Below, piece after piece: positions 36,901-49,728 of a DNA stretch of 64,000 bases. Location of the stretch: positions 60,204,001 through 60,268,000 of the forward strand of contig NC_058382.1 of the NCBI RefSeq assembly GCF_018350175.1. The letters are read 5' to 3'. The position numbers and the translations under genes were made by a program. The stretch comes from Felis catus (Eukaryota). How positions within the stretch are numbered: position 1 is the stretch's first letter; each line of letters begins with the position of its first letter. The notes under the pieces were generated by a model, which was not told the DNA's origin, did not search any database, and saw only the letters and a program-made list of their open reading frames with translations.

Positions 36901-37089
36901 TAACAGGACAGAAAAATTGCGGCCTGAACACAGCATATGAAGTGGCTGTCAGACGGGGATTACCAGACGGGGGGACGGACGTTTTGCGGCCCAAGCATCG
37001 TTCTGCAGGGAGGCGTCACAGCTGCACGTGCACCGGCCCCACACCTGAGGCCTGAAGCTCCTGTCCGCCAGCTGTCGCGAGGCGGGGGG

Positions 37090-37330
37090 CAGGCAGCCCG
37101 GGGGCAGCAGGGTCCCGGCACAGCACCGTCCACGCGGACCTGCCAGACATCCACGGGACCGTCCTCTCCAAATCAGCGGAACGTGCCTTTTTTACAAGTG
37201 GGCACGGAACATCCGCCAACGGGCCACGTTCTGGGTCATAAAACAAATCTCAGCGAGTTTCAAAGAAATGAAATTCTGTGGCACGTGTTCCGTGGCCACA
37301 GCAGAGTCAGAGTGGAAATCCGGAGTATCT
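37090..37330 (+). mobile_element. L1 ORF2 endonuclease fragment
   Basis: Translates GHVLGHKTNLSEFQRNEILWHVFRGHSRVRVEI, versus L1 DHILGHKTSLNKFKKIEIIQSIFSDHNGIKLEI. Confidence 0.85.
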
Positions 37331-40300
37331 CCACCCACCCCGAAGGCTGCCCGGGACCCCGCCTTGTCCCACTGTAATGGCGCAGCGGAGGACGGAAGCC
37401 GCGAGAAGCCACAGGCGGGCGAGGGCCCGGTGGTGGGCCCACAAAGAGTGGCCGAGTGGCAGAGAGGGTCTGAGTGGAGGCGTCAGTATTTTGCCGCAGA
37501 GGCTGGGACAGACGGAGGCTGCAAGTCAGTGTGTCTGTGCCCCAGTCCTGTGTGGACAGGGCGGGGGGGGGCATCTGTGGGGGGCCATGTGCGGGTCAGG
37601 TGGCCGTCCTTCCTGCCCGCGGGAGGGAGAGCCCACATCGCCTGCATCGACTCTGCGCCTCTGCTCCCCATCCTGGCTTCCCCGGGGCCCTTCTGGGTGG
37701 CTCCGTGGCCCCGTGGGTCCCCTGCCCGGCACCAGATCTCCCAGGGACACGGGGCGGGTGCCGCTGACTGATAAGTAGCACCTCGCGGGCTGCCTGCCGC
37801 TGGAAAACCTTCTGGAAAGTGGGAGGAACCAGCTATTTAACATATTATTTCTGCCATGTCCCCAAAGATGCAGCCAAGGAGAAAGCTATTTTAGCAAGAG
37901 ACTGGAAAGAAAAAGGCCATTTTTCTTGGCCGCGTGGTCTCCGTTTCCTCTGCTTCTGGCGATGGGTCTGTTTTCTCTCTCCTCGCTACGGAACGGCAGC
38001 ACCGCCTGCGTCCGCCGACCCGTGGTCCTCCTGCCTCGGGCTGTGGGCGGTTGAGGTCGCCTCCGAAGCTTCCAGTAAAGCAGGCCTGCTCCGCGGTGAC
38101 CCGGGGGGCGCGTGCGTGGGCCGTCCCGTCACGAGAGTGCCGGACCCTGGTCAGGAAGCACGCGCTGCTCACGGGCTTATTCAGGGGACACGGCCTCTCT
38201 CAGCCCCGTGGCTCCTGCCTGCCTCGGGCCGGGCTCGTGCGGAGACACGCGTGCACGTTTACGTGTGCGTGCACACGCGCGCACGGGCTCGCGGAAACAT
38301 TCGCCCGCTCTGACCCACGCATACACGCGCTCGCGGGTGGCGGCCTGGGGAAAATGGGAGAAACGTCCTAAACGCTCAGATTAGCCATCACCCGCCACCA
38401 GTGGATGCCGTTGGTAATCGTTTCTGCGTATTCCTCATAAAACCGGATTCGAGAAGGGGGTGCGGCCTGGCCCAGTGGCCTTCCTTCTGGGACGAGCTCC
38501 CAACCCCAGGCCGCAGCGTTCAAGCGTGTCTTTTTCCAGTGGGACGCTGGATTTGTTAGAGGGTCTAGATCAGGTCCTGTCGATGGGTCTCCACGGTTGG
38601 CCTTTTTCCCCCCTTATAAGTCGGCCGGTAACGGGAGGCCATCCCCGTAGCCAGAAGCCTCTGGACACCAGAGCTGCTCCCCCCGAGCCGGAGGATCTGG
38701 GCCGGCTACCCCTGCAGGCTCCCTCGCGGTGATGTGTTCAGGGGAAGGTGAGCCAGACTTGTAGCCGGAGAGTTGTCTTTGGCCCAGCGTCCTCACGAAG
38801 CATTTAGCCTTTTCTCCGAGAGACCAGCTGGGGCGAGGAGTCAGAAGACATCCCTAAAGATAAGTGCCAGCCGCGGTCCCCCCAGAAGGCCGCAGGGGCC
38901 CCCTTCCTCCTCACAGAAGTCCGCTCCGCCCAAGAGGCACCGGCTGCTGCCGGAATGTGCCAGCCGGGGCCCTGCCGCATGTGCTCAAGCCTCTTTGTGT
39001 GGGAAAAGTGTATGCAAAGTAAAATAAACAGGGCTGCGTTTGGGCTGGGGGCTGCCGCCTGTGATTGAGTCAGGGTGGGTCCCAGACCGGCCGCTGCAAG
39101 ACAGACCCTCGGGGAGACGCTGGACTCCGGACACTCGGCTCGACTCCCCGCTGCGGGGGGGGGGGGGGTTCTGGGGGCGGTGGGGTGTGGAGGTGCCCCG
39201 GCCAGAGGCGGGAGCCCGTGGGAGTCCGGCCTGCCGGTCCCGGGATGCGATCGCTGGGAGGGCCAGGTGGGCTTGGCCCAGACGGGCCCTCCGAGCCGGG
39301 AGCCTCGGCTCTCGGCGGGGTCCCCGGAAGCCCGGCAGCGGCCTCCGCGCCCGCTCCCTGGGGGGACGCCGAGCCTGCCCCGACGCGTGGCTGCGGTCTT
39401 GTGTTCAGCCTGGGAACGCGCGTGTCAGCGCAGGAAGGACGATCCCCGAGTCTCCTCGGTGCAGCACCACCGTGTCTCTGTGATTAGGACGGTGCTGGGT
39501 GATGCCTCACTCTGTGGGACGACGCTGTCTGCGGTAACGTGTTCCCACCAAGGAACCGGCCACGCCGTCCCCCACCCCGCGTTCATTTAGGGGATTTGGG
39601 ACCCGGAGAAGGCCCTGTAAATTGAATCTCAGAAATGCTGAGAGCATCCCAAATGTGGTTTATAGAAACAGGCTGAAGTGGTCCAACTCAACGCCAGACT
39701 GCCTGCATTTTCTTACATCTGTGAAATCAAAACCAGACAGAATGCTTTATTAGAACGCAGTGCCTGATGCTATTTTTTTCCCATGGCGAATATAATCGGC
39801 CCCAACTTTTTTGTTTCTCTGCGTGTTTATCTTGGAGGGTCTCGAGTCCCGTGATGGATCCTTCCTCCTCCTCCAGAGCCACTGCCCAGCCCTTTCTCCC
39901 CGGCGGGGTCTGGGGAGGGGCCTGGCAGGCAAGCGGGGAGGGGGCCTGACCCCGACCCCCCCCGCAGAGATCACGGCCTCCACCCTGCACCCGCCCCCCG
40001 CGGCCTCTCTCACACAGGCCCCTGGCTCCTGGGCTCGCCCTTCTTCCTTCCGGGACCCGGCCCACTGGGGAATCTGGTCTGGCCCTGAGCGGATTCATGC
40101 TCCCTGTTTCCAAGCAAAGCCTGCTGTCCACCCTGCCCGGAGCGCCCTCCCTTCCTGCCCTGGGGGCTCCCACTCATCCTCCCCCACCCCGAGCCGCTCC
40201 CTCCCCCGAGCTCCCGTGACACTTTGCACATCCTGTGATTGTAGCATCCACATCGCGGGTGGCCGTCTGTTGTCTGTCTAGCGTGGACCTGGGACGCTTC

Positions 40301-40437
40301 AGCTGTCGTCCTGAGGGCCGGCTCCCGGGGGCGCCTGAGCTGCCGTGTTGAGGATTCACGGAGCGTGTGACTCAGCAGGACAGGACATTCTTGTTTAATG
40401 ATGTCATCGTGTGCAAGGGAAGAGGACATAGTCCAGA

Positions 40438-40730
40438 CCCTGCGATGCTCAAAGTCGCTAGAGCATCCGAATCCGCTGGAGGGCTCGTTGAGCCTGGACT
40501 GGCGGCCCCTCTCCCCAAGCTTCTGCTTCCAGAGTTCTGGCTGGGATCCCAGGGGTTGTCAGTCCTGCTGGTCCCCAGGCTGGGGGGCACTGACCTGCGT
40601 CCCAGGCCGGCAGCCTCGGCGTCCCCTGGGGCCCTGCTAGAAAGGCAGAGCCTCACCCTGCATACGAATCTGATTTTAGAGACCCCTCGGGGGGCTGCTG
40701 TGTGTGTCAGAGGTGAGGAAACACCGGTTT
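40438..40730. mobile_element. Two adjacent MER5A-like fragments in opposite orientation
   Basis: ctcaaagt…gcatccgaatccgctggagggctcgtt, followed by ccggcagcctcggcgtcccctggggccctgctagaaaggcag…gaaacaccg. Confidence 0.55.
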
Positions 40731-41879
40731 CGACCCTGAGCTCCCTCGTGCGGGAATCGCATACTGTTCATCCTGTGCCCTCTGCACGCGGAGGCCCCTC
40801 ACACACACGTGTCGACTGAATGCTCGGTAAGCCGGTGTCCCCCGACTTTCCCTTCGTTCCCAAGTTGTGTATGAAGTGTCCCCGCCGCGGGGAAGACGCT
40901 CTGTCAGAGATACTGGGAGGACCCTGCTTACGGCTTGCGCGTGTTCAAGGACACGTAGCTTCAGCAAACACACGCAGGCCTTTCTCGGGCCTTCCCGAGG
41001 GCGGTTCGGCCACCGTCATTTCTGAGGACAACAAAAATCTGAATGCCCTTCCCCAACTAGTGCCAGAGGGAAGAGCTAGAAAGATAAACTCGGCCACGTT
41101 TGGGGGCCCGGACCCAGCAGCAGAGGGGCCCAGAGGCCTCGGGCGCCACGGTGTTTCTTTCCGGTTGAGTCTCTCGTGGAGCCACCTGGCCGCCATCAGG
41201 GAGGGATGTTGGGACCTGTGGCCACGATGCCCGCACGGCTCTGGGAACCCCTCTCTGGAAAGCACTGGGTATGTTTATGCATGCAACGTGTGTTGGTCGT
41301 GCTCCTGCTGTATACGGGGCCCTGGCCGGGGTTCAGGGGACCTGCCCTTCACAGAAGGCCTTGCTCCCCGTGCTACTTGCCACTGTGGAAAAAGCCACAG
41401 GAATATTAGCCAGCCAGGATGGCACGTTCGAGAGCCCCATCTGCACCCCGTGGCTGCCCCTCCCTTTCTATCTCGTCTCCCCCTCTGATTCTTTGTGCTG
41501 GGAAGTAGGTTCTCATACGTGGGACTGCGGGCTTTGGAGCGGTGGGCGGGTGGGTCCCAATCCATATAAATAGCTAATCTGGATAAATCAGGCCCAAACC
41601 TTCCCGGTTTTCCGGGCAGAGATACTGGCAGAGATATTTTCGTGTGTTCTGGAACATTCTGAGCATCGTAGACTCACGGGAACAGGGAAAACGTTTGAAG
41701 GCTAATTTCCGATCGACGTTTTCTGGAGAAGAAAGGAGGAGTGCATGAGCACCGGCCACGCCAGGCCCAGTGCCTTCCTCTCTCCCGCCACGGCCCCTGC
41801 GCACCTGGCACCGCGCCAGGCCTCACCCTCTTCGTCACGCACTTTGTGACATTAGGGGCAGCTCGCTGGACGAAGGAAG

Positions 41880-42140
41880 GCGGGAAGGAGGGGGCACAGA
41901 CACTGAGCTAGAGAAGTAAACTGGGGTGAGATCACACATACCCCATAATGTGCTTCTGAGATTAGTTCTTGGCCCGAGGGCAGTAGGGAGCCATTAGAGA
42001 CTCTAGGCTGGGAGCAACCCAAGCACAACTGTGTGTTAGGAGCATCCCTGTCGGATGTGGTGGGGCTGAGCTGGAGGCTGAGGTGAGGCGGGTGCACAAC
42101 CTGGGGGAGGGGCGCCGCTGGCTTGAACCGGGGAAGCGTG
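41880..42140 (-). mobile_element. L2 fragment
   Basis: cccgagggcagtagggagccattagag…tgtgttaggagcatccctg…gtgcacaacctggg…tggcttgaac. Confidence 0.55.
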
Positions 42141-42204
42141 GGTCTAAATGCACACACAGGATGATCGCTAATTGCTACAAAGTCACGCTTCCCGTTGACG
42201 CAGT

Positions 42205-42445
42205 GGTCGTGTCGGCTTCTTGTTGCCTCTGTAACAAAGGACCACAAACCAGGTGGAAGTTTATCCTCTTGTAGCCCGGATGCCAGCAGCCCCAAATCAA
42301 GGTGCCTCCAGGAGAGGGTCCGTCCTGCCTCTCCCAGCTCCTGGGGGCTCCCGGCACCTCCTGGCTGGTGGCCGCGTCCCTCGCGTCCCTCCAGCGTCTG
42401 CCTCCGTCCCTCAAGCACACTTGTGGTCACGGTGAGGGCCCACCC
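42205..42445 (-). mobile_element. MaLR LTR (MLT1B/C-like), partial
   Basis: ctgtaacaaaggaccacaaacc…aaatcaaggtg…cctgcctctcccagctcctgggggctcccggc…gagggcccaccc. Confidence 0.75.
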
Positions 42446-43489
42446 CGCTGCCGGGACCCGCCGGGCAGAGCCTTGGCCACGTCGGCAGCCCCTCTGGGGT
42501 GCGGGTTGGGACGGGGTATCTCTGGGGCTGTGGCTCAGCTGGGCTCACGCGGCCGGTACTCCGTCCGTGTGCCGGCTCACCGGCAGCTGGAAGCGGCTTC
42601 CACGGTCGGTGACTCAGCGGGACCTGCCCCCGGGAGCCCGTCGGGGCCGACACCTCTGATCCTCTCAGCAGCCCGATGAAGGGCCGGGCAGCTGCACCCC
42701 TGCGCGGGCAGTGGCGGGACAGGCTCCGGGGGGCCCACGCGCCGCCCCACGTCGCCCAGCCAGAGGCGCGTCCACGCTGTGAGCGGGCCGGGGGCGGAGC
42801 GAGGCCCGGGGCTCACGGGCAGGGCAGCGGGGAGACGGGGCCGCCGGGAGGGGCGGTTGCAGAGAAGCCGGGCTACCCCTTGGCTGGGGAGGGGGGCCGG
42901 CAGAGAATCTGGGCCTCGAGCACAAACGGAAACGCTGACGGGGTGTCTGCTTCCGAGCTCAGGGGGCACGCGTGGTGGAGTGTTTCCAGCCCCGCTTCCT
43001 TCTCGAGAGGGCCCTGGCCTCGCGGCGGCAACATGGCCTCTGGAAGCTTCCGGTCCGAGCCCCAGGGGCGTGAGCCGCTTCCTCAGACGTCCCCAGCCAC
43101 GCCCCGGCACCTCATCTCGTGGGCCTGACTTGGGCCACGGCCCCTGAGACCAGGTGATGGATGCTCTGACGGGCTGGGCCCCACGGCCGTTCTCGGAGCT
43201 GCCCCGATCCGCCCGACCTGAGGAGGGGACCGGGGAGGACACCCGAGGAGCCGGCACGGGCGGCCGGGGCACGTGGGGGTGCCCGGCAGGGCCACCGCCG
43301 TCTGACCAGCACGCCACTTGCAGACGGCTGCTGGCATCTATGGCCACGGCAACCACGTCCAGCGTGCACGGGGCAATGCCTCCAGTTTCACGCGAAATGA
43401 ATTCGTAGAATCACACGCGTCCGGGGGAAGGGGGAGGGGAGGGAGTGTTCCCTGGGCACGTACCGCGTGGGAGGCGCCGTGTCCCCGAC

Positions 43490-43600
43490 GGAAATCTCGC
43501 TTAATCCTCGGCGACCTTGAGAGGAGGGCGTAGTCATCCCCAGGCCCCGGTGAGGACGGTCAGCGGCAGGTGCTAGACCGGGATTTGAGTCCCGGGAACC
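43490..43600 (-). mobile_element. MIR fragment
   Basis: atctcgcttaatcctc…accttgagagg…ccgggatttgagtcccggg. Confidence 0.5.
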
Positions 43601-45019
43601 CGCGCGAGCCTGTCAGGTGCCTCTTCTCAGTCAGAACGTCTGCGTGTCCTCGTGCGCTGCCGGGTGAGGACGTGGTCACCTCCTAGACGATCTCTCTGAT
43701 GCCGTCCCTGCCCAGCACGGGAGCCAGGCGGGGCTCGAGAGCCTCTGTGGCCCTCGGGTGCTGGTGGAAGCCGTCTGGGGAGAGGGCTCCGTGGGGCTTA
43801 GCGCAGGCACTGCCTTTAAGGGGTTCTCCTGGGGGAGCGGGGTCTGGATACTTCGGGAGAGTCTGGGGGCGGGCGCCGTCTGTGGGGGATCGTCTCAGCC
43901 CTCAGTCGAGCCGTGCCCGGGGCCAAGGCCTCGTCGAAGGCGGGGCGGGTCCCCACCCTCCCACCCACCCTGATTGGCTGCTGTGGCCCCGTTTCCTTAA
44001 GCAGGGGGCGGGGGGGCCAGCAGGGCGGGGGGCAAGGCGGGTACCAGGGTCTCCACCTCCCAGATGGCGACCCCGGGCCCGGGGCTCACAGGCTCTGCAG
44101 ACGGCGTGCGCGCTGCTTTTCGGAACACCCCAGCATCCCTGCGGGTCGCGGCTCCACAAAATAAACTTGCTGAGTCGTGGTCCGTTGCGTGACGCCTTCT
44201 CGCTTTGCTCCGTCGTCTTATCCAGAGATTTTGTTTCCTCCCCGCTGACGAGTGCCGGGCACAGCAGGGCCAGCACTCAGGGGCTCTGCCGGCTCCGGAC
44301 GGCCCTCCTGTCACACGGTCCCTCCGCCCACGGCCCTGTGAGGCTCACCTCATTCTCGCCCCGCAGGTGACACCCCTGGGACGCCCGGGCCTCTTTCCGC
44401 CCCGGAGCCTGCGCCTGGCCCGGCGGCTGCGCGAGGCCCCAGAGACGAAGGATGGTTCGCGTTCTAACCGCTAGACAGGGGTGTGTTATCACTGAGAACA
44501 GGCGTGGACGCAAGCACGTCCCCTCCCCTCCCTCCTCTGCCCTTCCCCGCCCTGCCCTCCCTGCGGGGAGAACTGGCTGGCACCCTCGCTCCTTGGGCGG
44601 GGGGCCCTCTGGCGGGTCGCCCTCTAGCTTGTGAAACCAGTTGCTTTGGCCTCAGCGCCTCCGTGGTTGTCCAGCCCATCCTTCATCGCGTCAGGGCCCC
44701 TGGGCCGAGCGCAGGGTGTTGCTGGTGCTTTTCTGCCAAGTACAAGAGCCTCTGAGGATGGCCAAGTCGTGTGTGTCCAAGAGGGTGTCAGGGCCTGGGA
44801 GGTGATGTGGGGGCCTCTGGTGTTGCCGAGGGGGAGTGGTCAGGCCGCCGTGGCTGGTGGCTCGGCCTCAGGATACGGAGACACTTTCATGACCGGCAAC
44901 CATGTCAGCTGTTGGAAAGCACGTTGCACGGATGGGGAGCAGTGAGCAAGTCTCCTGCCCAGCTACTGAAAGGGTACTTGCTTTCTCTGGGTCTTTCTCT
45001 CTACCTAATAGCTCAATGC

Positions 45020-45824
45020 TCCTGAGGGCTCCTGTCCTGATCTCCCTGAGGGCCCCTGTCCTGATCTCCCTGAGGGCTCCTGTCCTGATCTCCCTGAGGG
45101 CCCCTGTCCTGATCTCCCTGAGGGCCCCTGTCCTGATCTCCCTGAGGGCTCCTGTCCTGATCTCCCTGAGGGCCCCTGTCCTGATCTCCCTGAGGGCCCC
45201 TGTCCTGATCTCCCTGAGGGCTCCTGTCCTGATCTCCCTGAGGGCTCCTGTCCTGATCTCCCTGAGGGCCCCTGTCCTGATCTCCCTGAGAGCTCCTGTC
45301 CTGATCTCCCTGAGGGCCCCTGTCCTGATCTCCCTGAGGGCTCCTGTCCTGATCACCCTGAGGGCTCCTGTCCTCATCTCCCTGAGGGCTCCTGTCCTCA
45401 TCTCCCTGAGGGCTCTTGTCCTCATCTCCCTGAGGGCTCCTGTCCTGATACCCTGAGGGCTCCTGTCCTCATCTCCCTGAGGGCTCCTGTCCTCATCTCC
45501 CTGAGGGCTCTTGTCCTCATCTCCCTGAGGACTCCTGTCCTCATCTCCCTGAGGGCTCCTGTCCTCATCTCCCTGAGGGCTCCTGTCCTCATCTCCCTGA
45601 GGGCTCCTGTCCTCATCTCCCTGAGGGCTCCTGTCCTCATCTCCCTGAGGGCTCTTCTCCTCCTCTCCCTGGGGGCTCCTGTCCTGATACCCTGAGGGCT
45701 CCTGTCCTCATTTCCCTGAGGGCTCCTGTCCTCATCTCCCTGAAGGCTCTTGTCCTGATCTCTCTGAGGGCTCCTGTCCTGATAACCCTGAGGGCTTCTG
45801 TCCTCATCTCCGTGAGGGCTCCTG
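45020..45824. repeat. Minisatellite/VNTR, 24-bp unit cctgagggc(t/c)cctgtcct(g/c)atctc, about 33 copies
   Basis: Directly visible; yields the repetitive ORFs LRAPVLIS and REIRTGAL on the two strands. Confidence 0.98.
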
Positions 45825-47599
45825 AAAGCAAACCCTCCTTACCTTGCCTGTCCCCACATAGCCTCAAGAGGCAGGAGCCATTGTTGTGTTAATCCTCGCA
45901 TAGGTTAAATGATTTTCTCAAAGTCAGCTGGATGGTGCCTCAGAGCCTGTGCAGCAGCAGCAGCAACAACACTAGCTAGGATCCCAGGGCCGTGACCTCC
46001 CGTGGAGGTGGCCAGTGCTGATCCTGATAGAAAGGGGCAGATCTGAGAGCCTCAAGTGCTAGGGTGGGCAGGGCTGTGGGCCCACAGAGGTGGGCTCACT
46101 GAACTGCCCAGCAGGGAGGACGGTAGCCATTGATCCGGGGCTGGCCCAGCAGCCAGTGTGGACAGGAAGTGGCTGCTCTCTAACTCAGGCGACATGTGGC
46201 AGAAATGTTAAGATGTCCCCTCCTCTTGGCATGCGGACACTATCTGTCCCCTGGCCTCTGCCATCTAGGAACTCATATTACCTATGAGAAGGAGCCTCAG
46301 GAGTACAACTGCGCTCGAGGACCACCAGCCGACCCGGCATGGAAACCAAAGGAAGCACCGGGTTGGGACGGAGCCGCAGGCCACGGGGGCCGCCCTGCTC
46401 TGCCGCTTGCCGGGGACCTTTCCTGACCACAGCAGGAGGCGGCCAGGCCTGCGAGCCTGCCCTGCGTCTGGGGCTGGTGGGCACTCTTCCTCAGCACTTC
46501 AGCGGGTCGGCGACAGTGCAGGTGACAGTGCGGGGGCGGGGGGGGGTGGGGAGCAGGTGGCCTCCGGAGGAGGGGCTGGGCGCCTTCCTGCAGCTCGTCA
46601 CCTTTCTCCACGAAGAGCCAGCTGCTGACAGCCTTCCCTATTTTCTAAGAGCTGCGGGGCCAGAGGAAAAGAATTGGGAGCCCTGCAGAGCCCTGGCCCC
46701 ACCTTCGCACACTTCCCTGCCCCTCCCTGCCCCTCCCTGCCCCTCCCCACCCCTCCCCACACCTTCTTGCTCCTCTCTGCGCCTCCCTGCAAACCACCTG
46801 CTCTCAGATACAGCTGGGCGCGGTTGTAACCACATGACCTCGATAACGTGTGCACAGAATGTGCTTTCGGAGCAGCATGGATTTTGCAGCGTGTACAAAC
46901 AAGGCCTCCCGCTTTCGAAAAGCACAAGGAGGCCAAGAGGGTGAGGGCCCTGCCTTTCTGGGCTCAGGCAGCGTCTGCACCAGTGCTGTGCCACTGAAGA
47001 CAGCCAGTCTGGGGGCCTTGGGTAGTGGCTTTGAAAATCCACGATTCGGCTCCCACTGATGGTTTGAAATGAGGCTGCTGAGGCCTAGGATTTTCCCGGG
47101 CGGCACGAGGACTTTGGAGGCCGCCGCTGTCGGCCGGGCCTCACCCCCCACCCCGCCGCCCTGCCCGGGAAGGCCTGGCACACAGGTGGTGACGGCCCTC
47201 GCGGAAGGGACGAGTCCACGCACCATGGCACACAGAATTCCATTAAAAAGGGCAGTGCGAGTGCCCTGGGGGGGCCTTGGGCTGTCACGGAGGCACAAGC
47301 ACGAACAGAGCCAGGACATCGGGAAGAAGCCCCGTGGCTCTTTCGCCGGTTTCTGTACTCCGAGCTATCTAAACAGAAATCTCTTCCGGAGGAATTCGTG
47401 TTCTGTGTAAACTGGTCGAGGCCGTGCTCTGTGGGTTTGGGGAGACAGGACAGAGCTCCAGAGAGAGCACTGAGGGCGACTGAGGGCCAGATAGCCAGGC
47501 CCACGGTGCCTGACTTGGGAAGCCGGGATCGTCCTGCCCAGAGGGGACACCAGCACTGCACACGGACGTCTCCCAAATCAGCAGCGCTCTATTCTTGCT

Positions 47600-47750
47600 G
47601 GAGACTGGTGCTCTGACTCACCTCCGTCGGCCCCGCTGCATCCGGCGGCCAGCCTTACGCTTTCCGTTTGCAGGCGGGGAAAACTGAGGCCCAGGAGGGA
47701 CAGGGACGATGCGAAGGGGCGATCAGGAGCTGTGTGCCCAAGCCCCAGCC
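47600..47750 (-). mobile_element. MIR
   Basis: ccgtttgcaggcggggaaaactgaggcccaggaggg resembles the MIR core. Confidence 0.6.
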
Positions 47751-48844
47751 TTAATTGTCTGGATGGCACCGAGCCTCGCCGGCCGGCCCGGGCTAAATCT
47801 GCCGCCGGTGACAGCTGGCACTGGGGCAGGAGGGAGGCTGCTGAGGCAGGTCAGACACTGGCCCCCAACGGGGCAGTGTTCGAGATTCTGGCGAGGGAGG
47901 GGCTCAGCCTGCGGCAGCTCTCCCTGGACCCGCCCGCAAGGGCCTGAGCACAGGAGAAGGGGATCCCCTGAGAATTAATCACTGTGAGTCACTAGAAAGA
48001 TGCTAAGGGGATGGAAAACATCCACAAGGAGCGTCTCACCCTTGCTCTCCTCCGCGGTCCGCACGATGTCCCTTTCCAACGTGATGTCACCCCCGCGTGG
48101 GCAGGAAGGGGGGTGCTCAGAGAGAACAGCCCGTTGCACGAGCCCCCGTGGCTGGAGAGAGCAGGGGCTGTGCGTGGTCCGTTCCTGCCAGAGCTCGATC
48201 CCCCGGACCACGTGGCGTCCGTGGCCAGCTTCTCCCTGCTCGTCGGGGGTGGCGGGCCTCTGATGGACAGCTCACTCTTGAACAGCCGTTTTCTCCTCCT
48301 CTGGGTCACGTTCCACCTGGGCTGCCCAGAGCGGGGACGTCTTGCCCAGCCGGTCATAATGTGCATCTGTGGCAGCCGCCCACTTCCCCGTGATTTACCG
48401 GGCTTGGTCCGCGCTGTGGAGAACGACACGTCTAGGAAGCTGGCCGTCTCTGCTCCGGAGGCCGTTGGAGAAACCGTACCTGTCAGGAGAGCTGCCCTTT
48501 TGGCTTTGACGGTGGAGCAGAACCATCAGGAAGAACACACGGGTAGAAGGGCGAGGATATGCAGGCCAGGCCGGCCTTTGCCGTGGGCGTCCCGCCCCCT
48601 CGTGCAGCGGCGGGGAGGGGGGCTGTCCGGCCCTTGGAACAGCAGGCCGTTCACACCGAGCCACCCATCAGACCGGATTTCCAACCTCTGCGTCCTCGGT
48701 ACTGGGTACACACCAGCGGCACAGCGTGTGGGGTCACGTGGCATTAAACGCTCAGTGGAGAGCAGAGGTCTTTCCCGAGGACGTGGGGGCCAGAGTTTGG
48801 GGACGACATGAGCCGGTCTGCATTCTGGAGAAAACCCTCGTCCG

Positions 48845-49290
48845 TGGTGTTAGTTACGCACTACCGGGTAACAAACATCCCCGAGCCACAGCAGCTGAAT
48901 GCAGTCAGCATTTACCGTCTCCCCGTTTCTGTGGGCCAGGGGCCTGGCAGCGGCTTGGCGGTGTGGTGCTGGCCTCACAGTGTCTCACCCAGCCTGTCAG
49001 CTTGGCTGCAGGCATCTGGAGGTCGCCTGGGCCCCGGGGCGTCCATCTCCAAGCTCGTGCCTGGAGGCCTCAGTCACGGGCCACACGGACCCCCACCGGG
49101 CAAGCCTTCCGGGGGGGGTGGGGCGGTGGGCGGGATGATCTCGTACGTCACGCACCATCACGTCCACGGCCTGCCGTGCGTCAACAGCCAACCACGAAGC
49201 CTAGCCCACACTCAAGGGGAAGGGACTTCGTCTCCACCGCTGAGAGCAGGGGCGTCCAAGTATTTGCAGGAGTGTTTTAGAGCCACCACG
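48845..49290 (-). mobile_element. MaLR solo LTR (MLT1F/G-like), near full length
   Basis: tgttagttacgc…gtaacaaacatcccc…gtttctgtgggccagg…cctagcccacactcaaggggaaggga…gtgttttagagccaccac. Confidence 0.8.
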
Positions 49291-49521
49291 CCCATCGCAG
49301 CCGGATGGAGCTAACCATCCGTCTATTCAGAAAGCACTTGAAGCCGACGGTGCGGCGGGCGAGGTAGGCAGTGGTTGGATGTGCTCCTCTCCCCGTGCCG
49401 GGGGTCAGTGCTGCGGGGAGCCGCCTGTTTCGGAGAGAGGGCAGGGCCGGCTCGGAGCGCATCCCTGAGGGCCCGGCAGTGGGGTGAGGCGGTGAGGGGC
49501 TGGTGCAGCGGGGCCGCCCCT

Positions 49522-49728
49522 GCTCCTGCCCCCAGAACCTTCTGCCGAGACGGAAACCCTCTACACCCAATCCACACGGTTGCCCTCAGTCACACGTGAC
49601 TGCTGATCGCTCGAAATGTGTGTCCGGGAACCAAAGCACTGAATGTTCGGTTTTATCGAATTCTGACTCATTCTGAATGAGTTAAGTAGCCGCCGTGACG
49701 AGCGGTGACCACCGGGGACAGTGCGAGT
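49522..49728. mobile_element. MER3-like hAT-Charlie element
   Basis: agaaccttctgccgagacggaaa…agtcacacgtgact…ctcgaaatgtg…actgaatgtt…tagccgccgtgacgagcggtgacc…ggacagtgc. Confidence 0.7.

Noticed and set aside
44868..45867. Repetitive ORFs on both strands, and a possible CRISPR-like array
   Set aside because: Head-to-tail 24-bp tandem repeat with no unique spacers or cas genes; open frames follow from a stop-free unit whose length is a multiple of 3
48011..48811. 266-aa ATG-initiated ORF
   Set aside because: No recognisable family or supporting gene structure; consistent with chance in GC-rich DNA
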